A stretch of DNA of 64,000 nt from Kiritimatiellia bacterium. Its GTDB lineage: Bacteria > Verrucomicrobiota > Kiritimatiellia > JAAZAB01. A program made the translations under genes and the position numbers. Positions within the stretch are counted from its first letter, which is position 1; the number at the start of each line of letters is the position of its first letter. The notes beneath the pieces were generated by a model. That model saw nothing but the letters and a program-made list of their open reading frames with translations, had not been told where the DNA came from and made no database searches. Of this stretch, positions 17,529-26,814 are shown piece after piece. The stretch is from assembly GCA_040767085.1 (NCBI GenBank), contig JAXGPF010000006.1:64001-128000 (forward strand), in the 5' to 3' direction.

Positions 17529-18706
17529 GCGGTCCTCCCGGTCAAACTGCAATGGTCCAACCGCACGCCCTCGCAATGCCGGCAGACCAGGGTCTCGGCG
17601 CCGGCGGCATGCAGCGTCATATTGCTGAACGACACGTCCCGAATTACCGTTTCCGGACTACCCTTGATCAGGATGGGCCCGCCGCTTTTGACCCGGAAAT
17701 TGGCGAAACTGAATCCGGCCAGGCATGGCAGCGCGAGCCCGTCATCCACGTCAATCTTGATCGGATGCCGGCCGCAGTCAATGACAAAATTATCGAACAT
17801 GATGTTCCGGATATCCGCCGTGCCGCCGCGCGCCGCATTCAGATAGCGCCGGGGATGGTTGCAGACGACGCCATTGGCGCGGCTGGCGATGACGATATTG
17901 CTGAAGGCGCAGTTGCGGATCACCGCGTCGCTGGGGCAGCCGATCCGGATGCCCTGGCAGGTGCTGTCCAGCACGCAATTGCTCACCGTCACCCGCTCGC
18001 ACACCGCCGGATCGTCGTGCAGCCTTTGCATGGCCCGCAACACCAGGCAATCGTCGTCCGTGCGGATGATGCAATCGCTGACGGTGACATCCCGGCAGGA
18101 GTCCAGGTCAATGCCGTCGTTGTTGATCATGCGCTGGTCGCCGAGAATTCGGATCCGGCGGATGCTGACGCGTTCGCACATCATCAGCAGGAACGTCCAG
18201 CAGGGCGAGTCCGCAAACAAGGCGTCTTCGATGCGCACATCGGCGCATTTATGAAACATAACCAGCCGCGGCCGGCGGGCGGGTTTGCCGGAGGCGAATT
18301 TGCCGCCGGGCGTCAGGCCGGCGGCCTGGTCGTAAAATTGCGGCCCCGAGGCGTTGATCTCGCCCGGCCCGGTAATGGCGATGTTGCGCGCGTGCTGCGC
18401 GCCGATCAGGTAATCGGCCGTGCGTTCCGGCGCATTCTCGTGGTGGAATCCGGGTGAAACCAGCGGCCGGTAATCGGCCGGGTTGGGGCTGCCGATGATC
18501 CGGCAGCCGGGCGCGAGATACAGTTCCACGTTGTCCCGCAAGTCCACCGGGCCGGTCAGGAACGCGCCCGGCCCGCAGAACACCCGGCCGCCGCCGGCCG
18601 CATGGCAGGCATCCACCGCCTGTTGGATGGCCGCGGTGTTCATGGTCCGGCCATCCGGCTTGGCGCCGTATGCCGCAATGTCGAAAATTCCGCTGGATTT
18701 ATTCAT
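17525..18706 (-). CDS. GH28-like / pectin-lyase-fold glycoside hydrolase
   Basis: YGAKPDG..NTAAIQQAVD, GAFLTG, DSPCW, NNDGID, DDC; beta-helix repeats; no signal peptide. Confidence 0.85.
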   Translation of the reverse strand: MNKSSGIFDIAAYGAKPDGRTMNTAAIQQAVDACHAAGGGRVFCGPGAFLTGPVDLRDNVELYLAPGCRIIGSPNPADYRPLVSPGFHHENAPERTADYLIGAQHARNIAITGPGEINASGPQFYDQAAGLTPGGKFASGKPARRPRLVMFHKCADVRIEDALFADSPCWTFLLMMCERVSIRRIRILGDQRMINNDGIDLDSCRDVTVSDCIIRTDDDCLVLRAMQRLHDDPAVCERVTVSNCVLDSTCQGIRIGCPSDAVIRNCAFSNIVIASRANGVVCNHPRRYLNAARGGTADIRNIMFDNFVIDCGRHPIKIDVDDGLALPCLAGFSFANFRVKSGGPILIKGSPETVIRDVSFSNMTLHAAGAETLVCRHCEGVRLDHCSLTGRTA

Positions 18707-18830
18707 GTTTTATTTTCTTTGGGATGCTACCGTTGTTTTTTGGTTTTAGCTCACTTAACGGGAAGGCTATTTCGTTCGTATTACGTGGTTTAAAACAACA
18801 TAAAGATTCATTGATCGCCATCTTACATCG

Positions 18831-18955
18831 GTAGGGCGACGTCTCCGACGGAGCCGTCCCGCGGCTCGCCCGGAGGTCTCGCCCTACCTGACGGCTTGCC
18901 CAGCGTAGCTGCAGTGAAGTCCGTCAAAGCCGGACGTAGCCCGCCCGGAGGTCTC
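18831..18955. repeat. Inverted REP pair (REPIN-like) plus partial copies
   Basis: GTAGGGCGACGTCTCCGACGGAGCCG and CGGCTCGCCCGGAGGTCTCGCCCTAC. Confidence 0.75.
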
Positions 18956-19039
18956 ATTCTTCTGCTAATTTTACATAACCTCGAGTTCCGGCGGGGCAAG
19001 TCCACCGGGGGGGGGTAAAATTGGCTCGTATGCTTGATT

Positions 19040-20329
19040 TTACAGCCGCTGTTCTTTCCCCGCCGGACGCAGGATGGTTTCGCCGTCCATATAAGGCGCC
19101 AGCGCCGGCGGCAGCGCCACCGTGCCGTCGGCCTGCTGGCCGTTTTCCAGCAACGCCACCACCAGGCGCGGCAGCGCCACGCCCGAACCGTTGAGGGTAT
19201 GCACGAATTCCAGCTTGCCGGCGGCATTCCGGTAACGGATGTTGGACCGGCGCGCCTGGAACGCCTCGAAATTGCTGCAGGAGGACACTTCCAGCCAGGC
19301 ATTCTGGCCGGGCGCCCACAGCTCGATGTCATAGCACTTGGCGGCGGCGAAACTCAAGTCGCCGGCGCAGAGCGCTAAAACGCGGTAGGGCAATTCCAGC
19401 CGCTGCAACACATCTTCGGCATTGGCGGTCAGGGTTTCCAGCTCCGCATAAGACTGGTCCGGCGCCGCGAATTTCACCATTTCCACCTTGTCGAACTGGT
19501 GGACGCGGATCAAGCCCCGGGTTTCGCGGCCGGCGGCGCCGGCTTCGCGGCGGAAACAGGGCGAATACGCCACCAGGCGGACCGGCAGGGCGCGCTCCAG
19601 GATTTCTTCGCGGTAAATATTGGTCACCGGCACCTCGGCGGTGGGAGCGAGATATAACTCATCCGCCGGCAGGTAATACATATCCTCGGCCATCTTGGGC
19701 AATTGGCCGGTGCCGGTCATGGCGGCAACGTTGCAAAGATACGGCGGGGCGACTTCCAGATAACCATGTTCGCGGGTATGCAAATCCAGCATGAACCGGA
19801 TCAGGGCGCGCTCCAGGCGCGCGCCGGCGCCGACCAGCATGGGGAATCCCGCACCGCTCAGCCGCGTGGCGCGGCCGAAATCCAGCAGGCCCAGGCTTTC
19901 GCCCAGGGCCAGGTGCGGCCGCGGGGTAAAATCGAAAGCGCGCGGCGCGCCCCATTGGCGCACTACGACATTGCCCGCGGCATCCGCTCCCAACGGCACG
20001 CTGGCATGCGGCAGATTGGGGATGGCCAGCAAGGCGGCGCGCAAATCGGTTTCCAGCCGGCGCAATTCGCCGTCGCTTTCGGAAATTTGCCGGCCCAGCG
20101 CCTTCACTTCCTGCTGGCTGGCAGCCGTGTCCTGGCCGGCCTTCTTACGGCGGCCGATTTCCTCGGAAGCCGCATTGCGCTGACGCTTGAGTTCATCCAC
20201 CGCCGTCGTCAGCCGGCGGCGTTCTTCATCCAGGCGGCGCAGCGGCCCGAGAAAATCCGCCGGGCCGCGTTTTTTGAGGGCCGCTTCGACGGCCGCGGTA
20301 TTGTCGCGAATCTGCTTCAGATCCAGCAT
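19040..20329 (-). CDS. serS: Serine--tRNA ligase
   Basis: N-terminal coiled coil, GTGQLPK, PTAEVP, FRREAG, RVHQFDKVE, EVSSCSN, HTLNGSG. Confidence 0.98.
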   Translation of the reverse strand: MLDLKQIRDNTAAVEAALKKRGPADFLGPLRRLDEERRRLTTAVDELKRQRNAASEEIGRRKKAGQDTAASQQEVKALGRQISESDGELRRLETDLRAALLAIPNLPHASVPLGADAAGNVVVRQWGAPRAFDFTPRPHLALGESLGLLDFGRATRLSGAGFPMLVGAGARLERALIRFMLDLHTREHGYLEVAPPYLCNVAAMTGTGQLPKMAEDMYYLPADELYLAPTAEVPVTNIYREEILERALPVRLVAYSPCFRREAGAAGRETRGLIRVHQFDKVEMVKFAAPDQSYAELETLTANAEDVLQRLELPYRVLALCAGDLSFAAAKCYDIELWAPGQNAWLEVSSCSNFEAFQARRSNIRYRNAAGKLEFVHTLNGSGVALPRLVVALLENGQQADGTVALPPALAPYMDGETILRPAGKEQRL

Positions 20330-20383
20330 AATTATCCTCCCTGCCGCCGCATAATTTCCTTGAAAACTATCGGGTAATATGGC

Positions 20384-21001
20384 ATGAACCTGCTAAATAT
20401 GCAAGTCCGCAAGCGGCTGATCATGGAACAAACCACCTATGATTTGAATCGGGCGGTGCACCTGGCGCGCTGCGAGGTGTTTTTCGACATGTCCGTGGCG
20501 CGTGTCCAGGAATGCATCGATGAACATGCCGGGCGCCGGCGCAAGGCCCACATGGAGACCGCCATCTATTTCCTCCAGTCGGCGCTGGAGCACGCCACCC
20601 TGGCCTCCAAGTCCTCGCGCGCCAGTCCTCAGGAAAAAGCCTTCGTCCGGTTTCTGCAACTGGTGCTCTGCCACCTGCGCTCGGCCGGCGCTTTGATGGA
20701 AAACGAGGAGGAACTCAAGGACACCGGCAGCCAGTTGTGGCAGTTTTTGAACCGCAAGTCCGGCGCGGCCGAAGCCCGGAAATTTACGCGCAGCAGCGAG
20801 CAGTTGCTGCAGGATGTGTCCCATCTGTTCGCCATGGCCCACGAGCCTTTACGCGACTTGCGCCAGGCGGTCACCGCCCGGATGGACGAAGGCGATACCG
20901 CCCGCCATGGCGCGGCGTTGGCCGGCCTGCGCGAACATTACGCGGACCTGGAACACCACTGCCGGACTCATTCCCGGCCGAATTTCCTGTTCAATTCCTG
21001 A
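20384..21001 (+). CDS. Hypothetical alpha-helical protein
   Basis: Fills the serS-mutL gap with host-like codon usage; start 20384 or 20423; 3' end overlaps the mutL 3' end. Confidence 0.65.
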   Translation: MNLLNMQVRKRLIMEQTTYDLNRAVHLARCEVFFDMSVARVQECIDEHAGRRRKAHMETAIYFLQSALEHATLASKSSRASPQEKAFVRFLQLVLCHLRSAGALMENEEELKDTGSQLWQFLNRKSGAAEARKFTRSSEQLLQDVSHLFAMAHEPLRDLRQAVTARMDEGDTARHGAALAGLREHYADLEHHCRTHSRPNFLFNS

Positions 21002-22881
21002 AGCGAAATGTGGATCAAGGTTGGACGCCCGTGCGGACAGGTATAGGGCATGGCCGTCCGAATCAGCTGTTCCAGCAGGGCGTCCACCTGCCTCTGGTCC
21101 AACGGCTGCGAAGCCTTCACCGCTGCATGGCAGGCGGCGCGCATCGCCTGTTCTTCGCGGGTGGCGCGTCTGGCATCCGCGATGGCGCCGGCGGCGGTGC
21201 CGGCGTCATCCAGGCGGGCGGCGATGGCCGCGATGATTTCCGACGGCGCGCCGGTTTCCAGGCAAGCCGGCACGGCGTCCACGACAAAAGCGTCCCCGCC
21301 GAATTCCGCGATACCGAACCCGATCCGCTGCAACAACGGCAGGCAGCGGCGGACGCGCGCCGCATCCGTCGGCGGCAATTCCAGCGTGACCGCGCTCAAC
21401 AGGGGTTGCGCCGCCACATTTTGCGTCTCGTATTCGCGGCGGAACCGCTCATACAACACCCGCTCGTGCGCCGCATGCGGGTCCAGCAGCGCCAGGCCGT
21501 CGGCGGTTTCCAGCACGGCATACCGGTTGCCGACAAATCCCAGCAACCGGTACCACGACCATGGCGCTCCGGCGGCGGCATCTTCCGTTGAACTGCGCAC
21601 AGTCACGGCAGCCGCCGGAATTTCACCGCCCGGCTGGGCCCCATTCGCCGGCGGCACGGCGGTTTTGCCGGGACAGGGCGTAACCCCGCCGATCGCCGTC
21701 AGCGGCAAGGCGATCGGACGGGGCGGCGCCCCGCCCACTCCCGCGCCCGTCCAGGGACGGGCCTGCATGGCTCGCAAAAACCGGTCCATGGCCGGGAGGT
21801 CAACGCCGGGCTGGTCCTGCCCGAGTGCCGGCGCCGGCGCCCCGGCGGACTGCGCCCCGGCGGGCGGCGACGGCAGGTCGGCCGTCTCCGCCCTTAAAGC
21901 TTCGGCCAGCGCGGCGACTATGCCGTTGCGCACCGCGGCGGAATCGCGGAACCGGACCTCTTTCTTGGTGGGATGTACGTTGACATCCACCATGCCGGGC
22001 TCCAGTTCCAGGAACAAGAACAACACCGGATGCCGGTCGGGCGGCAGCACTCCCTGGTAGCCGGCGCGGATGGCTGCATACAAAACCGGCGCGCCGGCGG
22101 GCCGGCCGTTGACGTAAAGGTACTGCTCCCCGCGATCGCCGCGGCCGGCCGCCGGCAATCCCGCATAACCCGCGATGGATAAGCCCGGGTGGCGGTAGCG
22201 CACCGGCCGCAGGTTTTCCAGCGGCAGCGCGGGAAACAGCTCCCGCAGCCGCTCCGCCAATTCCGACTGCGCCGGCAGGGTGTAAATCCGGCGGCGGTCG
22301 GCGGTCAGGGTAAATCCCGTTTCCGGCCTTGCCAGGGCAGCCGTGATGAAAGTGCGGCGCACATGGTCGTTTTCAGTCGGCGCCGACCGCAGAAACTTGC
22401 GGCGGGCAGGCACGTTGAAGAAGAGGTTGCGGACTTCGATCACCGTGCCCGGCGCGCCGCCCGCTTCGCGCACATCCTGGATCTTGCCGGCGGCCATGGT
22501 GATTTCCGTGCCCGCCACGCTGTCGGCCGGCCGGGTATGCAGGCGGAACCGCGCAACGGCGGCAATGGCGGCCAGGGCCTCGCCCCGGAATCCCATGGTC
22601 CGGATACGTTCAATATCGGCCGCATCCTGAATCTTGCTCGTAGCGTGGCGTTCAATGGCCAGGAGGGCGTTGTCCCGGGTCATGCCGACGCCATTATCGG
22701 CCACCCGCACCAGGGTGCGCCCGCCGTCGGCCACTTCCACATCCACCTGGGTGGCGCCGGCATCCAGGGCGTTTTCCAGCAGTTCCTTCAAGACGGAAGC
22801 CGGGCGCTCGACAACTTCGCCGGCGGCGATCTGGTTGATCACATGGTCCGGCAGAACATGAATATTTCCGGCGTCGGTCAT
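20968..22881 (-). CDS. mutL: DNA mismatch repair endonuclease MutL
   Basis: IAAGEVVERP, ENALDAGA, HATSK, GFRGEAL, DVNVHPTK, DPHAAHERVLYE, CPHGRP. Confidence 0.97.
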   Translation of the reverse strand: MTDAGNIHVLPDHVINQIAAGEVVERPASVLKELLENALDAGATQVDVEVADGGRTLVRVADNGVGMTRDNALLAIERHATSKIQDAADIERIRTMGFRGEALAAIAAVARFRLHTRPADSVAGTEITMAAGKIQDVREAGGAPGTVIEVRNLFFNVPARRKFLRSAPTENDHVRRTFITAALARPETGFTLTADRRRIYTLPAQSELAERLRELFPALPLENLRPVRYRHPGLSIAGYAGLPAAGRGDRGEQYLYVNGRPAGAPVLYAAIRAGYQGVLPPDRHPVLFLFLELEPGMVDVNVHPTKKEVRFRDSAAVRNGIVAALAEALRAETADLPSPPAGAQSAGAPAPALGQDQPGVDLPAMDRFLRAMQARPWTGAGVGGAPPRPIALPLTAIGGVTPCPGKTAVPPANGAQPGGEIPAAAVTVRSSTEDAAAGAPWSWYRLLGFVGNRYAVLETADGLALLDPHAAHERVLYERFRREYETQNVAAQPLLSAVTLELPPTDAARVRRCLPLLQRIGFGIAEFGGDAFVVDAVPACLETGAPSEIIAAIAARLDDAGTAAGAIADARRATREEQAMRAACHAAVKASQPLDQRQVDALLEQLIRTAMPYTCPHGRPTLIHISLQELNRKFGRE

Positions 22882-22886
22882 ATGCG

Positions 22887-23030
22887 GAAAGTGTCCGGTG
22901 TTCAGTGTTCGGTGTTATACGGAAAATTCTCATACGAAGACACCCAGGCGCCAAGGAAGAATCTCTCGGTTTTCGTGGCTTCGCGTGAGATTATCTGCTC
23001 CGGCTTTGTGCCTTTGCCCCTTTGTGCCTT
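22887..23030. repeat. gtgttca/gtgttcg 7-mer end motif, TCTCA...TGAGA hairpin and ctttgtgc/ctttgccc run
   Basis: Combines the left-end motif of the 11086 element with the architecture seen at 4260-4380. Confidence 0.65.
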
Positions 23031-23062
23031 CTTTTATGCCACGCAAGGTGGCAGGGTACGAC

Positions 23063-24094
23063 TCATGTGCCGCCGGGCGGCGGTGCGCCGGCATGCAGGC
23101 CCGCCGCCGGCCTTTCCGGCAGCGGCACGGCGCGGATGCCGGTTAAAAAGCAGCGGATGGCGCCCAGGGGCAACCCCAGATCGGTCCGCAGCGGCACCAT
23201 GCTCCAGGGCAGGCTGCTGCGCGCCAGGCTGATCAAATCGGACTGCTCGGACTTCAGGGAAACATCCAGGAAGGAAGCCGCCCACATGTCGAAATTGCGG
23301 CCGCGGCCCCGGGCGTCGCGATGGGGGCGGGCGGCGAAATACATCGCCGGGATTTCCGCGCCCAGCGCCGGCACGGCATCGCGCTCCCGGCTGAAATTGA
23401 GCCGGAAAGGCACCAGATCGCCTTCGGTGTAAATATACACCGGCGTCTCCGGATCGAAGGCGGCCAGTGATTGGTCGTTGTGGTAGTTGGCGTGCAGGAT
23501 TTTCAGGAAACGCGAAACCTCGCGGCCCTGGCGCGCCAGATCTGCCGCGCCGACCAGGTTGGTGCTGACGGTATTAAACAGGTAATCGTGGCAGGCATAA
23601 TCCAGCGCGCCGGTTTCGACATTATAAATTTCGAGGTTATCCAGGAATTTACGCCGGCACAACAGGCTGATCCGCTGCTTCGAGCGTTTGACGAACAACA
23701 CGGCGTTGAGGTCGGGCATGGTCAGCACCGCCGTAATGCGGTTGTAAATCTGCACCATGCCGCGCTGGGCTTCGGCGCCTTCCGCCCCCGTGCTCAATAC
23801 GAATTCCACCAGGCAGGCCGGGCGGGCGGCGCCGTCCGGACCCGGCCAGCGGCCTTCCACGGCGGTGACCTGGGCATCGGCCAGTTGCTTGAGTTCCAGC
23901 CCCAGCAGGCGGTAAGCCACGGAATAATCCATGCGCACGGCCGGCTTTTCCGGCTGGAACCGCCGGTGCACCCCGGCCGTGTACTCATCCTCCGCGCCCC
24001 GCGCGGCGCCGGCCGCCAGCGCGGCCAGGATGACGGCCAGGACGGCGCGGCTACGCCCCGTCCAGGATAGGCGTTTGCAACGACAAGGATTCAT
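23063..24094 (-). CDS. Hypothetical exported protein
   Basis: 343 aa, signal peptide (AVLAVILAALAAGAARGA), host-like codon usage; no motif recognised. Confidence 0.7.
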   Translation of the reverse strand: MNPCRCKRLSWTGRSRAVLAVILAALAAGAARGAEDEYTAGVHRRFQPEKPAVRMDYSVAYRLLGLELKQLADAQVTAVEGRWPGPDGAARPACLVEFVLSTGAEGAEAQRGMVQIYNRITAVLTMPDLNAVLFVKRSKQRISLLCRRKFLDNLEIYNVETGALDYACHDYLFNTVSTNLVGAADLARQGREVSRFLKILHANYHNDQSLAAFDPETPVYIYTEGDLVPFRLNFSRERDAVPALGAEIPAMYFAARPHRDARGRGRNFDMWAASFLDVSLKSEQSDLISLARSSLPWSMVPLRTDLGLPLGAIRCFLTGIRAVPLPERPAAGLHAGAPPPGGT

Positions 24095-24145
24095 AAAAAT
24101 CGAGGCATGATAACAAATTTCCGGCGCTTGGCCAGCGTAAATTGC

Positions 24146-24173
24146 TTGCCGGTTCCCCCGGGATGATTATAAT
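24146..24173 (+). promoter_or_regulatory. Putative sigma70 promoter for tolB-pal
   Basis: TTGCCG-16 nt-TATAAT. Confidence 0.5.
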
Positions 24174-24185
24174 GGGAATATTTGC

Positions 24186-24408
24186 AAAACACGCGTTTCG
24201 AAAGTTTTAAAGTTTTATGGTGTTATGGTGTTAAGGTTTAACTGGTAACAGGTGTTCTCGGAACACTGAATGCCAGACACTGCCCCATAAGACTTTCTAC
24301 CAATCCCAACCTCAAAAAACCGTTGAACCTGAATTAACCTCAAATAACCGTTGAACCTGATTCAACCTCCGACAACCCTGAACACCGAACACTAAACATC
24401 GGACACTT
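24186..24408 (-). repeat. Second, inverted copy of the composite 8-mer-array element, with an internal 28-bp tandem duplication
   Basis: The reverse complement aligns with 11086-11320; aacctcaaa(a/t)aaccgttgaacctga occurs at 24308 and 24336. Confidence 0.8.
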
Positions 24409-24430
24409 TTAAAGAGACGCAGGAGACATT

Positions 24431-25645
24431 GTGAAAAGAACCTTGACCTGGCATGGATTGATCTTGATGCTGCTCCTCGCCGCCACCGCGCCGGCGCAGG
24501 TCCGGGTCACTAAAACCATGACCGCCGCCTCGCTGCTGGACATCTCCGGCCTGAAATATTCCGGCGGCGGCGCCGCGGAATTGTTTTACCGGACGCTGGA
24601 AGCCGACCTGGCGCGCTCCGGCTGGTTTGAAATCATCTCCGCCGGGCGCGCGGAATTCACCGTCACCGGCACGGTGGAGCCGGCGGGCGACAACCTGGTG
24701 GCGCGCTGCGAAGCCTACAACGTCATCTCCCGCGAACGCTACCTCGGCAAGGCCTACCGTATGCCCGCGCGCGACGCGCGCCGCATGGCGCACCAGGTGG
24801 CCGACGACATCATCCAGGCGCTCACCGGCCAGCCCGGCATGTCCGCCACCCGCATCGTCATGGTCGGCAACCGCACCGGCCGCAAGGAGCTTTACATCTG
24901 CGACTCCGACGGCGCCAACCTGCGCCAGCTGACGCGCGATCAAAGCCTGAGCCTGTCGCCCAAGTGGAGCCCGGACGCCAGGCAAATCGTTTACACCTCC
25001 TTCCTGTCATACTTCCCCGACGTGTACCTGGTGACCCTGGAAACCGGCGCGCGCCGGCGCGTGTCCAATTACCCCGGCCTGAACTCTTCCGCGGCCATTG
25101 CGCCCGGCGGCGATGAACTCGCCCTGACCCTTTCCAAGGACGGCAACCCGGACTTGTTCATCAAGGATTTGCGCTCCGCCCGCCTGACGCGCCTGACGCG
25201 CACCAGCCGGGCGGCGGAGGCCAGTCCGGCCTGGTCGCCCGACGGCCGGCGCATCGTTTACGTCTCCGACGCGTCCGGCGCGCCGCAGCTTTACCTGATT
25301 GACCGCAACGGCGGCGACCCGCGGCGCATTACCAGCAGCGGCGCCGAAAACGTCGACCCCGACTGGGGCCGCAACGGTTTCATCGCCTACTCCAGCCGCA
25401 TCGGCCGCGGCTACCAAATCTGCGTGCTCAATCCGGAAACACTGGCTTTCCGCCAGATCAGCGACGGCAACGGCGACTACGAAGATCCCTCCTGGGCGCC
25501 CGACGGCCGACACATCGTCTGCACCCGCACCCGCAACCGTATCTCGCGCCTTTTCGTGCTTGACAGTATGAGCGCTTCTTGTATAAGTTTGCTCCCGGAT
25601 TCTGAAGCCGGGGAGTGGTTTGCGCCGGCCTGGTCGCCCAAGTGA
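24431..25645 (+). CDS. tolB: Tol-Pal system beta-propeller protein TolB
   Basis: GTG start after AGGAG; signal peptide; AHQVADDII; repeated PxWSPDG (PD40) motifs; directly upstream of pal. Confidence 0.92.
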   Translation: MKRTLTWHGLILMLLLAATAPAQVRVTKTMTAASLLDISGLKYSGGGAAELFYRTLEADLARSGWFEIISAGRAEFTVTGTVEPAGDNLVARCEAYNVISRERYLGKAYRMPARDARRMAHQVADDIIQALTGQPGMSATRIVMVGNRTGRKELYICDSDGANLRQLTRDQSLSLSPKWSPDARQIVYTSFLSYFPDVYLVTLETGARRRVSNYPGLNSSAAIAPGGDELALTLSKDGNPDLFIKDLRSARLTRLTRTSRAAEASPAWSPDGRRIVYVSDASGAPQLYLIDRNGGDPRRITSSGAENVDPDWGRNGFIAYSSRIGRGYQICVLNPETLAFRQISDGNGDYEDPSWAPDGRHIVCTRTRNRISRLFVLDSMSASCISLLPDSEAGEWFAPAWSPK

Positions 25646-25709
25646 GGCGCGTTGGGCAGCGCGGCAGTTATTTTTCGGAATGGCGGCAACTTTGTTGGAG
25701 GAAGCATTT

Positions 25710-26249
25710 GTGAAGAATCGCTTGTTTACACTGACGGTGCTATTGATGGCGGGAATGCTGTGTTTGAACATGGGCTGCCGGCGCAAAAAAGGCGGCTTGG
25801 CCGGCGGCGACGCCGGTGGCGCCGATAGTATCGCCGGCGTGAGCGGCGCGGGGGATTTGTCCGCCGAAGGCTGGGAAGCCGGCCGGCCGGAGAACATGCA
25901 ACTGATATCCGGACTGAAGTTCGAAAACGTGCAGTTTGAATACGACAGCACCCAGATCAGCGGTAGCGAGCGCGGTAAAATCGAGGCCGTGGCGGAGTAC
26001 CTGCGCGCCAACCCCAAGGTTGGCGTCATCGCGGAAGGCCACTGCGACGAACGCGGCAGCCTGGAATACAACATGGCCCTGGGCGAAAGGCGCGCCCTGG
26101 CCGTGCGGGCTTACCTGATCGGCCTCGGCATTGACGGCGCCATCATCCAGACCAAGAGCTACGGCGAAGAAAAACCGCTGGCGCCCGGCAACGACGAAGC
26201 TTCCTGGGCGCAGAACCGCCGCGTGGAATTCGTGTTCTATAATTATTGA
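25710..26249 (+). CDS. pal: Peptidoglycan-associated lipoprotein (OmpA family)
   Basis: GTG after GGAGG; lipobox-like MGC; EGHCDERGSLEYNMALGERRA, SYGEEKP, NRRVEF. Confidence 0.93.
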   Translation: MKNRLFTLTVLLMAGMLCLNMGCRRKKGGLAGGDAGGADSIAGVSGAGDLSAEGWEAGRPENMQLISGLKFENVQFEYDSTQISGSERGKIEAVAEYLRANPKVGVIAEGHCDERGSLEYNMALGERRALAVRAYLIGLGIDGAIIQTKSYGEEKPLAPGNDEASWAQNRRVEFVFYNY

Positions 26250-26255
26250 TGTTTT

Positions 26256-26300
26256 AAAAAGGGAGAAGCTGGCGGATGCGCCGGCTTCTCCCTTTTTTTT
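26256..26300 (+). terminator. Rho-independent (likely bidirectional) terminator
   Basis: AAAAA-GGGAGAAGCTGGCG-gatg-CGCCGGCTTCTCCC-T8. Confidence 0.9.
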
Positions 26301-26428
26301 GCCCGGACAGCGCCCAAATTGTTTTCGGCAGGACGGTGCGCAACACCCTGCTTCGTCAGACTGCCCAGGGCACGCAGTGGCGCCGCTGCAACATACATGA
26401 CTGTGCTGGCAAAGAATGCAAAGCCGCC

Positions 26429-26743
26429 ATGATCTCCTGTGTCAATGCCGCGCCGGCCGCTTTCCCGCCCCTCGCCTTCTTCGGCGGCGCCGGCGCGGGC
26501 GAAATCCTGCTGGTCCTGCTGGTGCTCCTGCTGCTCTTCGGCGCGCGGCGCCTGCCGGAACTGGCGCGTTCCCTGGGACGGGCCATCGGCGAACTCCGGC
26601 GCGCCTCCCAGGATTTGACCCGCGAAGTCATGCTTGATGCGCCCCCGCCGGCCCGCCCGCCGCCGGCGCCTGAAGATCAAACCGCGCCCGACGACGAGCT
26701 CCCGCCGCCCCAACCGCCCGCGCCGGCGGCATACCAGGGCTGA
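26429..26743 (+). CDS. tatA: Twin-arginine translocase TatA/TatB family subunit
   Basis: GEILLVLLVLLLLFGARRLPELARSLGRAIGELRR followed by a Pro-rich tail. Confidence 0.88.
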   Translation: MISCVNAAPAAFPPLAFFGGAGAGEILLVLLVLLLLFGARRLPELARSLGRAIGELRRASQDLTREVMLDAPPPARPPPAPEDQTAPDDELPPPQPPAPAAYQG

Positions 26744-26793
26744 ATGCCAAGCCTGGCTTATTGCCAAAAATTGATGTTTGCGTTATTTCAAAA

Positions 26794-26804
26794 TTTGTAT
26801 ACAG
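26794..26804. promoter_or_regulatory. Probable GntR/FadR-family operator (TGTATACA palindrome)
   Basis: TTTGTATACAG lies 10 nt before the gntR ATG; matches the TTGTATACAA-type boxes of FadR-subfamily regulators. Confidence 0.55.
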
Positions 26805-26814
26805 TATTCAATCA

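Noticed and set aside
24308-24370. 28-bp direct repeats (also the 61-bp and 276-bp repeats) as a CRISPR array
   Set aside because: The copies are head-to-tail with no unique spacers, there are only about two units, and no cas genes are present.
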